64,000 bases of DNA from Bacteroidetes bacterium SB0662_bin_6 (GCA_009839485.1 VXPQ01000032.1:26982-90981), one strand, 5' to 3'. Shown: positions 25,089-34,119, counted from the first letter of the stretch. Notes: generated by a model from the sequence alone, not told the origin. Program-made: numbers and translations.

Positions 25089-27131
25089 TCAGATCGGGTT
25101 CCTGATTTGAGCAACCCGGAATTTCAACTTTTTGTTGGGGGCAGATGTCGGAAACGGATTGATTCCGAGCTTGTAGTCTGCGGGCGCCACTTCCAGTTTC
25201 AGGTGGTACGCGATGAGCAGGACATTGACCGCCATCTGAAGTTCCACCCAGCGGCTTCCAAGACACATGTGCGTGCCGAGGCCATAGGGAGCGTAGGCGC
25301 CCGGCGTCGTATGCTCGGATCGCTCCGGCAGATAACGGTCTATGTCGAATTCCAGGGGGTCCTTGAACAATTCTTCGGAGTAGTGCGGCGCCGTCTGGCA
25401 AATCAATAACACCGTCTTGGCCGGTATCTGGTAGCCGTTCACGATGCACTCGTTCATAACCATTCTCAACTGCCAGGGAATCACCGGATGCACACGCAAG
25501 GACTCCATGTAGAGGCGGGCCGTGGCGTCGATGGCGTCGTGAGTGAAATCCTCCGGACCCGGCTCGCGCCCGTTCCCGAAAAGCGCCTCGGCTTCTTTAC
25601 GGATCTTCTCGTGCAAATCCGGGTCGCGAATCATGGAGTAAACCGTAAAAGCAAGCCCGCTTCCGAGATATATACTGGCGACCATCGACGCAACGAACGG
25701 AAAAGTGAGGTCCGTTTCCGGCAGGAACTGCGGATCGCTCTTGTGCAGTCCGAGGATTGCATCCGCAAGATCCGGTGGCTTGCCCTTCCTCTGTCCCGGC
25801 GTGTGCGATGTGGTGATCGATTCCTGGAACTCCCGGACGCGCTTGCTGTACCGTTTCATTTTCGGTGTCCGCAACATGAATTTCGGCAAGGCGCCCTGCA
25901 CCTGCGTCACCAGCGCCCGATGTTCATATTCAAGCAATTCGTCGACGTAATGGCTGCAATCCACCCCCATCGTGAGGTGCGAGATTTGACTGCTGATGTG
26001 ATTCTGGAACTCCTTGGTGGCGCGGAGCACGTCGCCTTCGCTCCACCGACTCAGCGATTGCCGGCAGCGGTGGACCAACTCAGGTAACCGTCGTGCAAGC
26101 GCGGAACGGGAATAGGCGCTCTTCAACTCCTTACGCATCCTGTAGTGTTCAGCCCCATCCATCCCCGGCAGCGTTCGGGATGCGCCGAACGCGCTCTCCA
26201 GATCCTTGATGTAATCCTTCGAGCGAAGATAGAACCGCCCGTGTTTGTTCACCCACTGATTGGTATCCGGGCCCATCAGGGCGATTATGCGTGACTTACG
26301 CATCTTGAAGGGCAATTCGAGGACCGGCCCGTGGTTCCGGAAAATGCCGTACATCGCCTTGGGAATATTGCCCGAGCGAAAGTCACGCTGCCGCAGGATA
26401 TCAATGTACCGGAGCTTCGGGATGGGTTTGGCCTGAATAACGCGGCGGGTCCTCGGTGTGGCGGTGCTGTCTCTCACCGCAGTCGCAACCGTCCGCCCTA
26501 TCAGATCCAGCTTGGCGACAAGCTCGATGCGCTCGAGCCTGTCCTCGTAGTCTTCCGGCTCGAGCAACAGCTTGAAACCGTCGCACGTATGCATCAAGGC
26601 TATAAGAATGGCATCGCGCGGATCCGGAATGCTGTCGTCGTTCAGGATGACGCTCAAAATTCTCGCTTTGGCCTCCTGGCGAACCTTCAGATCCGAAGCA
26701 GGATAGGTGCCCGACCGGGAAACGGAGCGCGAAAGCCCCCAGAATCCCCCGCTCTCGTAGTCGAGAATTTTCCTCTCCACCAGACGATCGAGCGTGGCCG
26801 TAACGATTTCGTCGGAACGACCCGTGTTTCGCTCGATCCAGTACTGCGTGTCCTGGGTCTCCCCGGATTCGGCGATTTCCTTGAGCGTCGGGTCGAGCAG
26901 GTTGTCTCCCGTGGGGTGGGAATCAACCAGATACAGCGCCTTCAGGTCGGTGTCGATCCGATCCTCCAGTGCAAGATCGGCAAGTACGGCTCCCGCCATA
27001 ACACAGGAGAAGTTCCAGCCTGGAACCATTTCCAGATACCCGCTCTGTTCGTCGAGCATCAGAAGAATCAGTTCTTCCGCAAGACGTATCGGAAACTGTA
27101 CCGACGTACTCTCCATGCCAAACCTTGTCAA
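25089..27131 (-). CDS. Fusion protein: N-terminal GOLPH3/GPP34-like domain plus C-terminal cytochrome P450
   Basis: aa ~14-220 (IRLAEELILLMLDEQSGYL...AGAVLADLALEDRI...LDRLVERKIL...DPRDAILIALMHTCDG) fits the GPP34 family pattern. The C-terminal part has ExxR (ESLR), a PERF-like DRYLPER, and the Cys-heme loop YGLGTHMCLG. Confidence 0.85.
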   Translation of the reverse strand: MTRFGMESTSVQFPIRLAEELILLMLDEQSGYLEMVPGWNFSCVMAGAVLADLALEDRIDTDLKALYLVDSHPTGDNLLDPTLKEIAESGETQDTQYWIERNTGRSDEIVTATLDRLVERKILDYESGGFWGLSRSVSRSGTYPASDLKVRQEAKARILSVILNDDSIPDPRDAILIALMHTCDGFKLLLEPEDYEDRLERIELVAKLDLIGRTVATAVRDSTATPRTRRVIQAKPIPKLRYIDILRQRDFRSGNIPKAMYGIFRNHGPVLELPFKMRKSRIIALMGPDTNQWVNKHGRFYLRSKDYIKDLESAFGASRTLPGMDGAEHYRMRKELKSAYSRSALARRLPELVHRCRQSLSRWSEGDVLRATKEFQNHISSQISHLTMGVDCSHYVDELLEYEHRALVTQVQGALPKFMLRTPKMKRYSKRVREFQESITTSHTPGQRKGKPPDLADAILGLHKSDPQFLPETDLTFPFVASMVASIYLGSGLAFTVYSMIRDPDLHEKIRKEAEALFGNGREPGPEDFTHDAIDATARLYMESLRVHPVIPWQLRMVMNECIVNGYQIPAKTVLLICQTAPHYSEELFKDPLEFDIDRYLPERSEHTTPGAYAPYGLGTHMCLGSRWVELQMAVNVLLIAYHLKLEVAPADYKLGINPFPTSAPNKKLKFRVAQIRNPI

Positions 27132-27254
27132 ATGCCGGGTCGATAGGGACAGGACCAGAACTGCACAACGACCTGATGTCGCATCCGGAATGTAACCTAT
27201 CGGTCATCGCATCGGTTTCAGCCTCCGTCTCATCACACCGGGAAACAGCCGCAT

Positions 27255-28664
27255 TTACGCCTTCCTGAGACGCCAACCGTACATCAGGCGCCCGTAAAAA
27301 TTGAACCACTTCCTCGCTTCCGCATCCTGAAACGGGTAATCCGCCCCGATCTGTCTCGCCGTAACCAGGCCGGACACGAAACAGGTCTCCTGACTGTTGA
27401 TCAGCGTGTGCGCGCCGCAGTGCCACGTTCGCCTCCTGCCCTGAACATGGCGAAACAAATGGACCAGAAAGGCCACATGGCGCACATCGTGTACTATGTG
27501 CTGAAACCACCACTTCCTGATGATCTTGCCTTCGTCGATGCGGCTGATCGGATTGTAGGTCACCAGGCACGGCTTATCCGAGCGGCCCACCCAGGGCTGC
27601 TGATTGTGCATGATGTAGGTGATTTCGTAGTTGTCGGGTCGTACGCCGTACTGCGCGATGTGATTGCTCCGGGTGGAAAGTGCCCTGACGTCGTTGTCCG
27701 GTAGAATCGAGGCGTCCGAATGGACGACCGTATGGTTGTGCAGTTCGCTTTCGTAACGTATCGAAGACAGCAGGTAGCTCTCAAGAAACGTCGGTTCATC
27801 CAGCATCATCAGCGTTTGATTCGCATTGCACGCGAACACCACGTCATCGAACGTTTCCCGCTTACCGTCCCGGTCCTCTACGACGACCTCGGATTGGCGA
27901 CGGTACACCTTCCGCACCGGCCGGTTAAGGTATATCTTGTCCTGAAAGGCGGCCGCCATCTTCTCATAGATGCGCCGCGTGCCCTGATCCCATGTTTGCA
28001 TCGGCGTCGCGGTTTCGATATCGAAGAATTCCAGATACCGGCAAAACAGCGATGCAGGCATATCGAACACGTTCGTGGCCATCAGGAAGTTGACGAACAT
28101 GGGCTTCAGGATCTTGTACCTGAAATCTCCGGAAAACCTGCCCAGGTTGAGCACCGCACCCATACTGACGTAATTGAGCGGGTTAAGCGCATTGAGTAAT
28201 CTGGACCTGGTACGGTTCAGCCGCCCAAACCACTGTGCACGTCTCAGAAGCTTCTGGAATTTCTTGATCTCCGGTTGCAACTGCTTCCTGATATCGGAAT
28301 CAAAATCGTGCGCATAGATGCCGCCGCGATACTTCACGCTGTAGCTGAATCGGGTATCGATCAACTCGATGCCGTGTTGCTGCATGAAGAGAAGGATATG
28401 ATGGTATACCGAGGGAATGCACGCGGTGACGGAAATGTCGAATGGAATCGACGTGCCATCGTCCTGCGGCATATCGGCCGTAATGGCGTTGCCTCCGACC
28501 TGAGCCTGCGCTTCGAACACGCGGAAATCGAATCGATCGGGCTGCTTGTGCAATGCCCAGGCCGTCCCCAATCCCGACACGCCTGCGCCGATAATAGCAA
28601 CCCTTCTGGGCGACGCGCCTCGCTCCGCTGACCGATCCTCTTCGGGTGGTCCGGATATGTTCAT
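27255..28664 (-). CDS. FAD-dependent oxidoreductase, COG2907-like (amine-oxidase/desaturase fold)
   Basis: Rossmann motif VAIIGAGVSGLGTAWAL...FEAQAQVGGN. C-terminal QGRRRTWHCGAH...SGL resembles the COG2907 family C-terminus. Confidence 0.8.
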   Translation of the reverse strand: MNISGPPEEDRSAERGASPRRVAIIGAGVSGLGTAWALHKQPDRFDFRVFEAQAQVGGNAITADMPQDDGTSIPFDISVTACIPSVYHHILLFMQQHGIELIDTRFSYSVKYRGGIYAHDFDSDIRKQLQPEIKKFQKLLRRAQWFGRLNRTRSRLLNALNPLNYVSMGAVLNLGRFSGDFRYKILKPMFVNFLMATNVFDMPASLFCRYLEFFDIETATPMQTWDQGTRRIYEKMAAAFQDKIYLNRPVRKVYRRQSEVVVEDRDGKRETFDDVVFACNANQTLMMLDEPTFLESYLLSSIRYESELHNHTVVHSDASILPDNDVRALSTRSNHIAQYGVRPDNYEITYIMHNQQPWVGRSDKPCLVTYNPISRIDEGKIIRKWWFQHIVHDVRHVAFLVHLFRHVQGRRRTWHCGAHTLINSQETCFVSGLVTARQIGADYPFQDAEARKWFNFYGRLMYGWRLRKA

Positions 28665-28689
28665 GTGATACCGTCCCGAAAGTTGTTAC

Positions 28690-29793
28690 TCATGAGGATG
28701 TCCGCGCCTCATTTTGCTCCGCGCGCTCAGCGCTACGATCGGGTTGCCCGTCTTTACCGGAAGCCCGAGAATCCGGATAGAACTGTTTGCAATAGCGCCG
28801 ATACCTGCCGATATCGCCGTCAGCCCGACACAGTCTGGGATAGGGTACGTACCGTTTTCGCCCCCAGATAATCACATCCTGCAACACATCGTGCTTTTGA
28901 TAAGACAGAATGATGCTGTTCATTACCCTGGTGCGAAGACCCGGTGGAAGAAATCCCAGACCGACGATCGGACGTTTCGGTTTACGGATCTCGCGTATCT
29001 GACTGGCCAGGACCAGTTCGATATGCTTGCCGTCGACAGGAGTTGCGAGCACCCACAAACGCCCATGCATTTCAATGGATCGCTCGTGAATTTCCACGTA
29101 CGAATATCCCAATCCGAAGATGCGCGCGACAGCGGAGACATCCAGAACGATATCCCTTATCCCCATAACATTCTGGGTGCGTCTGAATTCAAACTTGCTC
29201 GTCAGACAAGCGCCGTCGATGCTTACCGGTTCAACCATGCGCGTATTGCCATAACCATGCACGTACTGCAGATGCAGGAAGTCCACAGAGTTCTCGGTGG
29301 TTTCCTGGGGGTGTCCCGGAAATCGAAGGGTCCGAAACCCCACTTCGCCCCAGTCTGCCCCGGCCACAGGCTCCTCGGGAAGGCTCCATTGCGGCGGCCG
29401 GCCGTCTATTCCCCACCACCCGAATACCATGCCGAGGATTTCCCGCGTTTCGAATACCTTCAGCCGCGCGGCCCTGGGCGGCGGGGCAAAAGGAGTGGCG
29501 ACACACTGGCCGCTTACATCGAACTCGAAGCCGTGAAACGGACAAACGAGACAACCGTCCCGTACCCGGCCACCGGCTTCGGGTCCCAGGTCGGACCCGA
29601 GGTGCGGACACACCGCCAGAGCCACGCAGATGCGGCCTGCGTCGTCGCACCACGCGACAATCTGTTCACCCAACCAGGTTTTTTCAATCAGTTTCGCTTT
29701 CAGTACGGATTGCCGGCTGGCAACGAAGTACCAACCCTCCGGAAACGGGGGAGGCGACGGGAGATTTTCTAACTCGACGCGTCTTGCTGGCAT
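28690..29793 (-). CDS. Rieske [2Fe-2S] non-heme-iron oxygenase, KshA/Neverland-like (alpha subunit only)
   Basis: Rieske motif CPHLGSDL...(x17)...CPFHGFEF. Mononuclear iron motif ENSVDFLHLQYVH (ExxxDxxHxxxxH). Start moved to 29793 (MPARRVELENL). Confidence 0.85.
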   Translation of the reverse strand: MPARRVELENLPSPPPFPEGWYFVASRQSVLKAKLIEKTWLGEQIVAWCDDAGRICVALAVCPHLGSDLGPEAGGRVRDGCLVCPFHGFEFDVSGQCVATPFAPPPRAARLKVFETREILGMVFGWWGIDGRPPQWSLPEEPVAGADWGEVGFRTLRFPGHPQETTENSVDFLHLQYVHGYGNTRMVEPVSIDGACLTSKFEFRRTQNVMGIRDIVLDVSAVARIFGLGYSYVEIHERSIEMHGRLWVLATPVDGKHIELVLASQIREIRKPKRPIVGLGFLPPGLRTRVMNSIILSYQKHDVLQDVIIWGRKRYVPYPRLCRADGDIGRYRRYCKQFYPDSRASGKDGQPDRSAERAEQNEARTSS

Positions 29794-29865
29794 CTTAACG
29801 GTGATATTGCGAATTGGCGCGCAGATAGATGTCCATAATAGTCCGGATTTGCGCAAAAGGGAGGC

Positions 29866-30840
29866 TCAGGACGCGGGCTCCGCCCCCCGGCCGGCCAGGA
29901 GATACAACACGGCCATACGTACGGCAACGCCGTTGGTCACCTGATCCAGAATGACGGCCCGTTCGTGATCCACCACATCGCCCGCCAACTCCACACCCCG
30001 GTTCACAGGCCCCGGGTGCATGATGCGAAGATCGGGATGACGTTCCATATGTTCGAGGGTGATGCCGAACCGCTCATGGTATTCCCGCACCCCGGGGAAA
30101 AGCATCGCTCCCTGTCGTTCAAGTTGTACGCGCAGCGCCATCGCCACGTCGCAACCCTCCAGCGCTTCGTCCAGACGGTCCGTCACCCGCACACCCATTT
30201 CCTCGACACCCACCGGAGTCATCGTGGCGGGTGCGCACAGCGTTACGTGGGCGCCCAGCGCCCGCAATCCGTATATATTGGAACGGGCCACGCGGCTGTG
30301 CGCAATATCCCCGATAATAGAAACGTTTCGTCCTTCAAGAGACGGGTGGATATCCGTCAGCGTAAGCAGATCCAGCAAAGCCTGGGTAGGATGTTCATGG
30401 GCGCCGTCTCCGGCATTGATTACCACGGCGTCCACGCAGCGCGTCAGAAAAACAGGCGCGCCCGGCGACCGGTGCCGAATCACGACCATGTCCACCTTCA
30501 TCGCCTCGATATTGCGGGCAGTGTCCTTGAGGGTTTCTCCCTTGGAGACCGACGAGCCGGAAACAGAGAAGTTGACCGTCTCCGCCGACAACCGTTTTTC
30601 GGCCAGTTCGAAGGAAATGCGCGTTCGCGTGGAAGGCTCGAAAAAAAGATTCACGACAGCCACGTCGCGCAATGTAGGGACGCGCCGAATAGGCCGATCC
30701 AGCACCGAGCGAAACTCCCGCGCCGTACGAAGAATAAGTTGTATTTCGTCTGCGTCGTACGTCGAAAGGCCAAGCAGATGCCGGTGTCTCAACGACTCCG
30801 GGGCAGACCGATCCTCCCGTGCTTCTTCGCGTGCGTGCAT
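29866..30840 (-). CDS. pyrB: Aspartate carbamoyltransferase catalytic subunit
   Basis: [21 protein letters not shown] and HPGPVNRG motifs. Confidence 0.95.
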   Translation of the reverse strand: MHAREEAREDRSAPESLRHRHLLGLSTYDADEIQLILRTAREFRSVLDRPIRRVPTLRDVAVVNLFFEPSTRTRISFELAEKRLSAETVNFSVSGSSVSKGETLKDTARNIEAMKVDMVVIRHRSPGAPVFLTRCVDAVVINAGDGAHEHPTQALLDLLTLTDIHPSLEGRNVSIIGDIAHSRVARSNIYGLRALGAHVTLCAPATMTPVGVEEMGVRVTDRLDEALEGCDVAMALRVQLERQGAMLFPGVREYHERFGITLEHMERHPDLRIMHPGPVNRGVELAGDVVDHERAVILDQVTNGVAVRMAVLYLLAGRGAEPAS

Positions 30841-31409
30841 CAGTTATTCAAGGTTTCCACCAGCCATACTCCTTCCCGGTCGTCTATCTCGTTCAACCGT
30901 ACACGTACCTCTTCCCCGGGTAAAGTGGGCACCTGCCGGCCCACAATGTCCGCGCATACGGGAAGCTCCCGAAGACCGCGGTCAACGATCACAAGAAACT
31001 GTACGGTGGCCGGACGCCCGATATCCATAAGCGCATCAAACGCCGCCCGGGCCGTTCGCCCGGTATACAATACATCATCCACCAGTACGATGCGGCGCTC
31101 CGTGATGTCGAACGGAATGTCCGTGGCGCGCACCACGGGCTGCTTGAGACGAAGTCGGAAATCGTCCCGATACATGGTGGCGTCGAGTACGCCGATCGGG
31201 ACGGTCAGGGATTCGAAGTCCAAAATCTTGTCGCGGAGCCGCCGGGCCAGATACACACCGCGCGTCTGCATGCCTATCAAGCCGAAATGGCGGGAGGCGT
31301 CCTCCTCAGGATGCATCATCTCCACAATCTGGCGCGCCATCCGGTTCAGTGTCCGGTCCAGATCGTGTGCATCCATCAATTGTGCCTTGATGCGATCTCT
31401 TACCCCCAT
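30840..31409 (-). CDS. pyrR: Bifunctional pyrimidine regulatory protein/uracil phosphoribosyltransferase PyrR
   Basis: PRTase motif [12 protein letters not shown]. Typical PyrR N-terminus after moving the start to 31409. 1-nt stop/start overlap with pyrB. Confidence 0.9.
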   Translation of the reverse strand: MGVRDRIKAQLMDAHDLDRTLNRMARQIVEMMHPEEDASRHFGLIGMQTRGVYLARRLRDKILDFESLTVPIGVLDATMYRDDFRLRLKQPVVRATDIPFDITERRIVLVDDVLYTGRTARAAFDALMDIGRPATVQFLVIVDRGLRELPVCADIVGRQVPTLPGEEVRVRLNEIDDREGVWLVETLNN

Positions 31410-31499
31410 ACCATATAAATTACGAGAAACGACACCTGTTTCCAATCCGTCTGACGTACCTTCGGTATAACGGCTGGTAAACCCACCCACTCATTCCAT

Positions 31500-32447
31500 T
31501 TGTTTCCCACGATGCCCACCGTACAGGATACTACCCTGAAATACCTCGATCCGGTAGTCGTATCCCGCCTGAAGAACATGGAGCTCCGGGCGCGAATGAT
31601 CGTCGAAGGATTTATTACGGGCATGCACAAGAGCCCGTATCATGGGTTCTCTGTAGAGTTCGCCGAACACCGGCCCTACATCGCCGGCGACGAGCCGCGA
31701 TACGTGGACTGGAAGGTCTATGGGAAGACGGACCGGCACTACGTCAAACGGTTCGAAGAGGAAACCAACCTGCGGCACTATGTGGCGCTCGATACCTCCG
31801 CATCGATGCGCTACCGGGCGCAGGCGCCTCTTTCCAAAATGGAATACGGCGCATACCTCGCGGCCGCACTGCACTATATCATGGTCAAGCAGCGCGATGC
31901 CACCGGACTGATTACGTTTGACGAGGAGATCCGCACCATCATGTCCCCGAGAAGCACAACATCCTGGCTGCGACGACTCCTTGTCAGACTGCAACATACC
32001 GTGGACAATCCGGCGCCGGAAAAGCGCACAGGCGCCGCCGATGCACTCAGCAAGATCGCCGAACGCATCGCGCGGCGTTCCCTCGTCGTGGTCATCACCG
32101 ATCTCTTCGAAAACATCGGGCGCCACGAAGACCTGCTCAAAGCGTTGCGTCACCTGCGTTACCGCGGACACGAAGCGCTCGTTTTTCATGTGCTCGAATC
32201 CGCTACCGAGCGCACGTTCGACTTTCCCGACGTGCCCATGATCTTTCGCGATATGGAAACCGGGGAGGAAATCTCCCTGCAACCGGCGCACATCCGCGAA
32301 AACTATCGGGAGGCTGCACAGTTCTTCGGAGACCGGTTTCGACGCCAGTGCCTCGAATACGACATCGATTTCGTGGAACTGAATACGGAACAATCGTACG
32401 ATACAGCTCTGCTGGCCTATCTGAACAAGCGAAAGAAGCTCGTCTGA
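31500..32447 (+). CDS. DUF58 (vWA-like, MoxR-associated family) protein
   Basis: GMHKSPYHGFSVEFAEHRPYIAGDEPRYVDWKVYGKTDR is the DUF58 hallmark region. Confidence 0.8.
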   Translation: MFPTMPTVQDTTLKYLDPVVVSRLKNMELRARMIVEGFITGMHKSPYHGFSVEFAEHRPYIAGDEPRYVDWKVYGKTDRHYVKRFEEETNLRHYVALDTSASMRYRAQAPLSKMEYGAYLAAALHYIMVKQRDATGLITFDEEIRTIMSPRSTTSWLRRLLVRLQHTVDNPAPEKRTGAADALSKIAERIARRSLVVVITDLFENIGRHEDLLKALRHLRYRGHEALVFHVLESATERTFDFPDVPMIFRDMETGEEISLQPAHIRENYREAAQFFGDRFRRQCLEYDIDFVELNTEQSYDTALLAYLNKRKKLV

Positions 32448-32457
32448 GCCATCTCCC

Positions 32458-33660
32458 ATGCGCGAACGTATACAAAAATTAAATGACGAACTGTTCGAGA
32501 AGATTGTAGATATCCGGCGTACGCTGCACCGGAACCCGGAATTGGCATACTCGGAGCGGGAAACCGCGAAACTGATAGCGAACACCCTTGAGCCGCTCGG
32601 TTTCGAAGTACAAACCGGCGTGGCGCGCACCGGCATCGTCGCCACGCTGCATGGCGGGCGATCCGGTCCGGCTCTTGCGCTGCGGGCCGACATGGACGCC
32701 CTGCCCATCCAGGAAGAGAACACCTTCGAGTTTGCCTCCGGGAACGACGGGGTCATGCACGCCTGCGGCCACGATGCACACACAGCCTCGCTGCTTGGCA
32801 CGGCAACCATCCTGCACAGACTGCGCGAGGAGCTTCCCGGCAGCATCCGCTTCCTGTTCCAGCCAAGCGAAGAAAAACTCCCGGGAGGCGCCCTTCCCAT
32901 GATCGAGGAAGGCGTACTTGGCGATGCGTTCGGCCCGGCGCCCGGGGCAATATTCGGACAACATGTGCACCCCGGCCTCGACGCCGGCAAAATCGGAGTT
33001 CGATCCGGGAGGTATATGGCCTCAGCGGACGAAATGCATATCAGAGTCGAGGGAAAAGGCGGTCATGCCGCTACGCCCCACCTTCTGGATACCGACCCTA
33101 CTCTTGTTGCCGCACACATCCTTGTGGCCCTGCAATCTGTCGTGAGCCGGTATTGTCCTCCTGATGTACCGAGTGTACTGACCATCGGACGATTCATAGC
33201 CGACGGCGCCACAAATGTGATTCCCTCCCAAGCCGTTCTCGAGGGTTCTTTCCGCTCGCTCGATGAAGATTGGCGTTTCGAGGCGCACGAACATATCCGC
33301 CGCATTGCGGAAACGACCGCGGAAGCACACGGCGCGCAGGTCAGCCTGGACATTTCCACAGGCTACCCGGTACTGCACAATGATCCCGAATCGGCGGAGT
33401 TTGTCCGGGATGCAGCGATCAGGTATGTGGGCGAGGACAACGTGGTCGATCTGGACGTGTGGTACGCCTCGGAGGATTTCGCCTGGTTTCTGCGGGAAGC
33501 GCCCGGGGCTTTTTACCGGTTCGGCACGCGGAACGAAGAAGAGAACATTGTGCATGGCCTCCATACGCCCCGGTTTACGATCGACGAAGAGGCCCTGCGC
33601 ATGGCCCCGGGTTTTATGGCGTATCTGGCCACGGAATACCTGACAGCACAGGCAGCATAG
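32458..33660 (+). CDS. M20D-family amidohydrolase (N-acyl-amino-acid amidohydrolase/hippuricase type)
   Basis: LHRNPELAYSERETA...LRADMDALP...MHACGHDAHT...FQPSEE pattern. Confidence 0.9.
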   Translation: MRERIQKLNDELFEKIVDIRRTLHRNPELAYSERETAKLIANTLEPLGFEVQTGVARTGIVATLHGGRSGPALALRADMDALPIQEENTFEFASGNDGVMHACGHDAHTASLLGTATILHRLREELPGSIRFLFQPSEEKLPGGALPMIEEGVLGDAFGPAPGAIFGQHVHPGLDAGKIGVRSGRYMASADEMHIRVEGKGGHAATPHLLDTDPTLVAAHILVALQSVVSRYCPPDVPSVLTIGRFIADGATNVIPSQAVLEGSFRSLDEDWRFEAHEHIRRIAETTAEAHGAQVSLDISTGYPVLHNDPESAEFVRDAAIRYVGEDNVVDLDVWYASEDFAWFLREAPGAFYRFGTRNEEENIVHGLHTPRFTIDEEALRMAPGFMAYLATEYLTAQAA

Positions 33661-33758
33661 AAAGCTCGCGCCCGGGGCGCGGGACCATGCGGAAAAGAAG
33701 CGAGGCCACAGTGGGGACGGCAGACCATCCGGTGGTGCAAACCGGAAAGTCGGACGGA

Positions 33759-34058
33759 TCAGTAGGCCGCAGGAGCGTTTACGGCCTCGACGCGCGAGAT
33801 TTGCGGTACGGAACGCTGAAGGGCCTGTTCAATACCGGCGCGCAGCGTCATGGCGCTCATGGGGCAGGTGCCGCAAGCACCGAGCAATTCCAGCTCCACC
33901 ACCATATCCGACGTCACGTTCAGGAGACGCACGGACCCCCCGTCCGCCATCAGATAGGGCCGGATCATATCCAGCGCCTCTTCTATCCGGCCGCGGAGTT
34001 CATCGTCCGCGTCTCCAGCAGACTCATGCTGCCCCATGGGTTCGTTTTCTCCGGACAT
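33759..34058 (-). CDS. NifU-like (Nfu C-terminal domain) Fe-S cluster protein
   Basis: IRPYLMADGGSV...GACGTCPMS motif. Confidence 0.85.
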   Translation of the reverse strand: MSGENEPMGQHESAGDADDELRGRIEEALDMIRPYLMADGGSVRLLNVTSDMVVELELLGACGTCPMSAMTLRAGIEQALQRSVPQISRVEAVNAPAAY

Positions 34059-34078
34059 GTACGTTCCCCTGTGATCGA

Positions 34079-34097
34079 TTAGGGCCTGTTAACACTA
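34079..34097 (+). repeat. Intergenic motif copy c (TTAGGGCCTGTTAACACTA)
   Basis: Lies in the 61 nt spacer between the mrp stop and the nfu-like start. Confidence 0.6.
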
Positions 34098-34119
34098 GGC
34101 TGATGTATTGCAAACTACG

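Noticed and set aside
25089-29856. Possibility that the Rieske/FAD/P450 cluster is a horizontally acquired, compositionally distinct island.
   Set aside because: Spot counts of GC in 60 nt lines gave about 53-58% inside the cluster and about 58% in neighbouring housekeeping genes. That is too small and too noisy a difference to claim by eye. There are no integrase, tRNA or direct-repeat boundaries. A proper windowed GC/codon-usage calculation is needed.
31410-31499. PyrR-binding attenuator hairpin in the pyrR leader.
   Set aside because: I could not find the conserved PyrR binding loop (UCCAGAGAGG-like) or an anti-terminator/terminator pair in the 90 nt leader.
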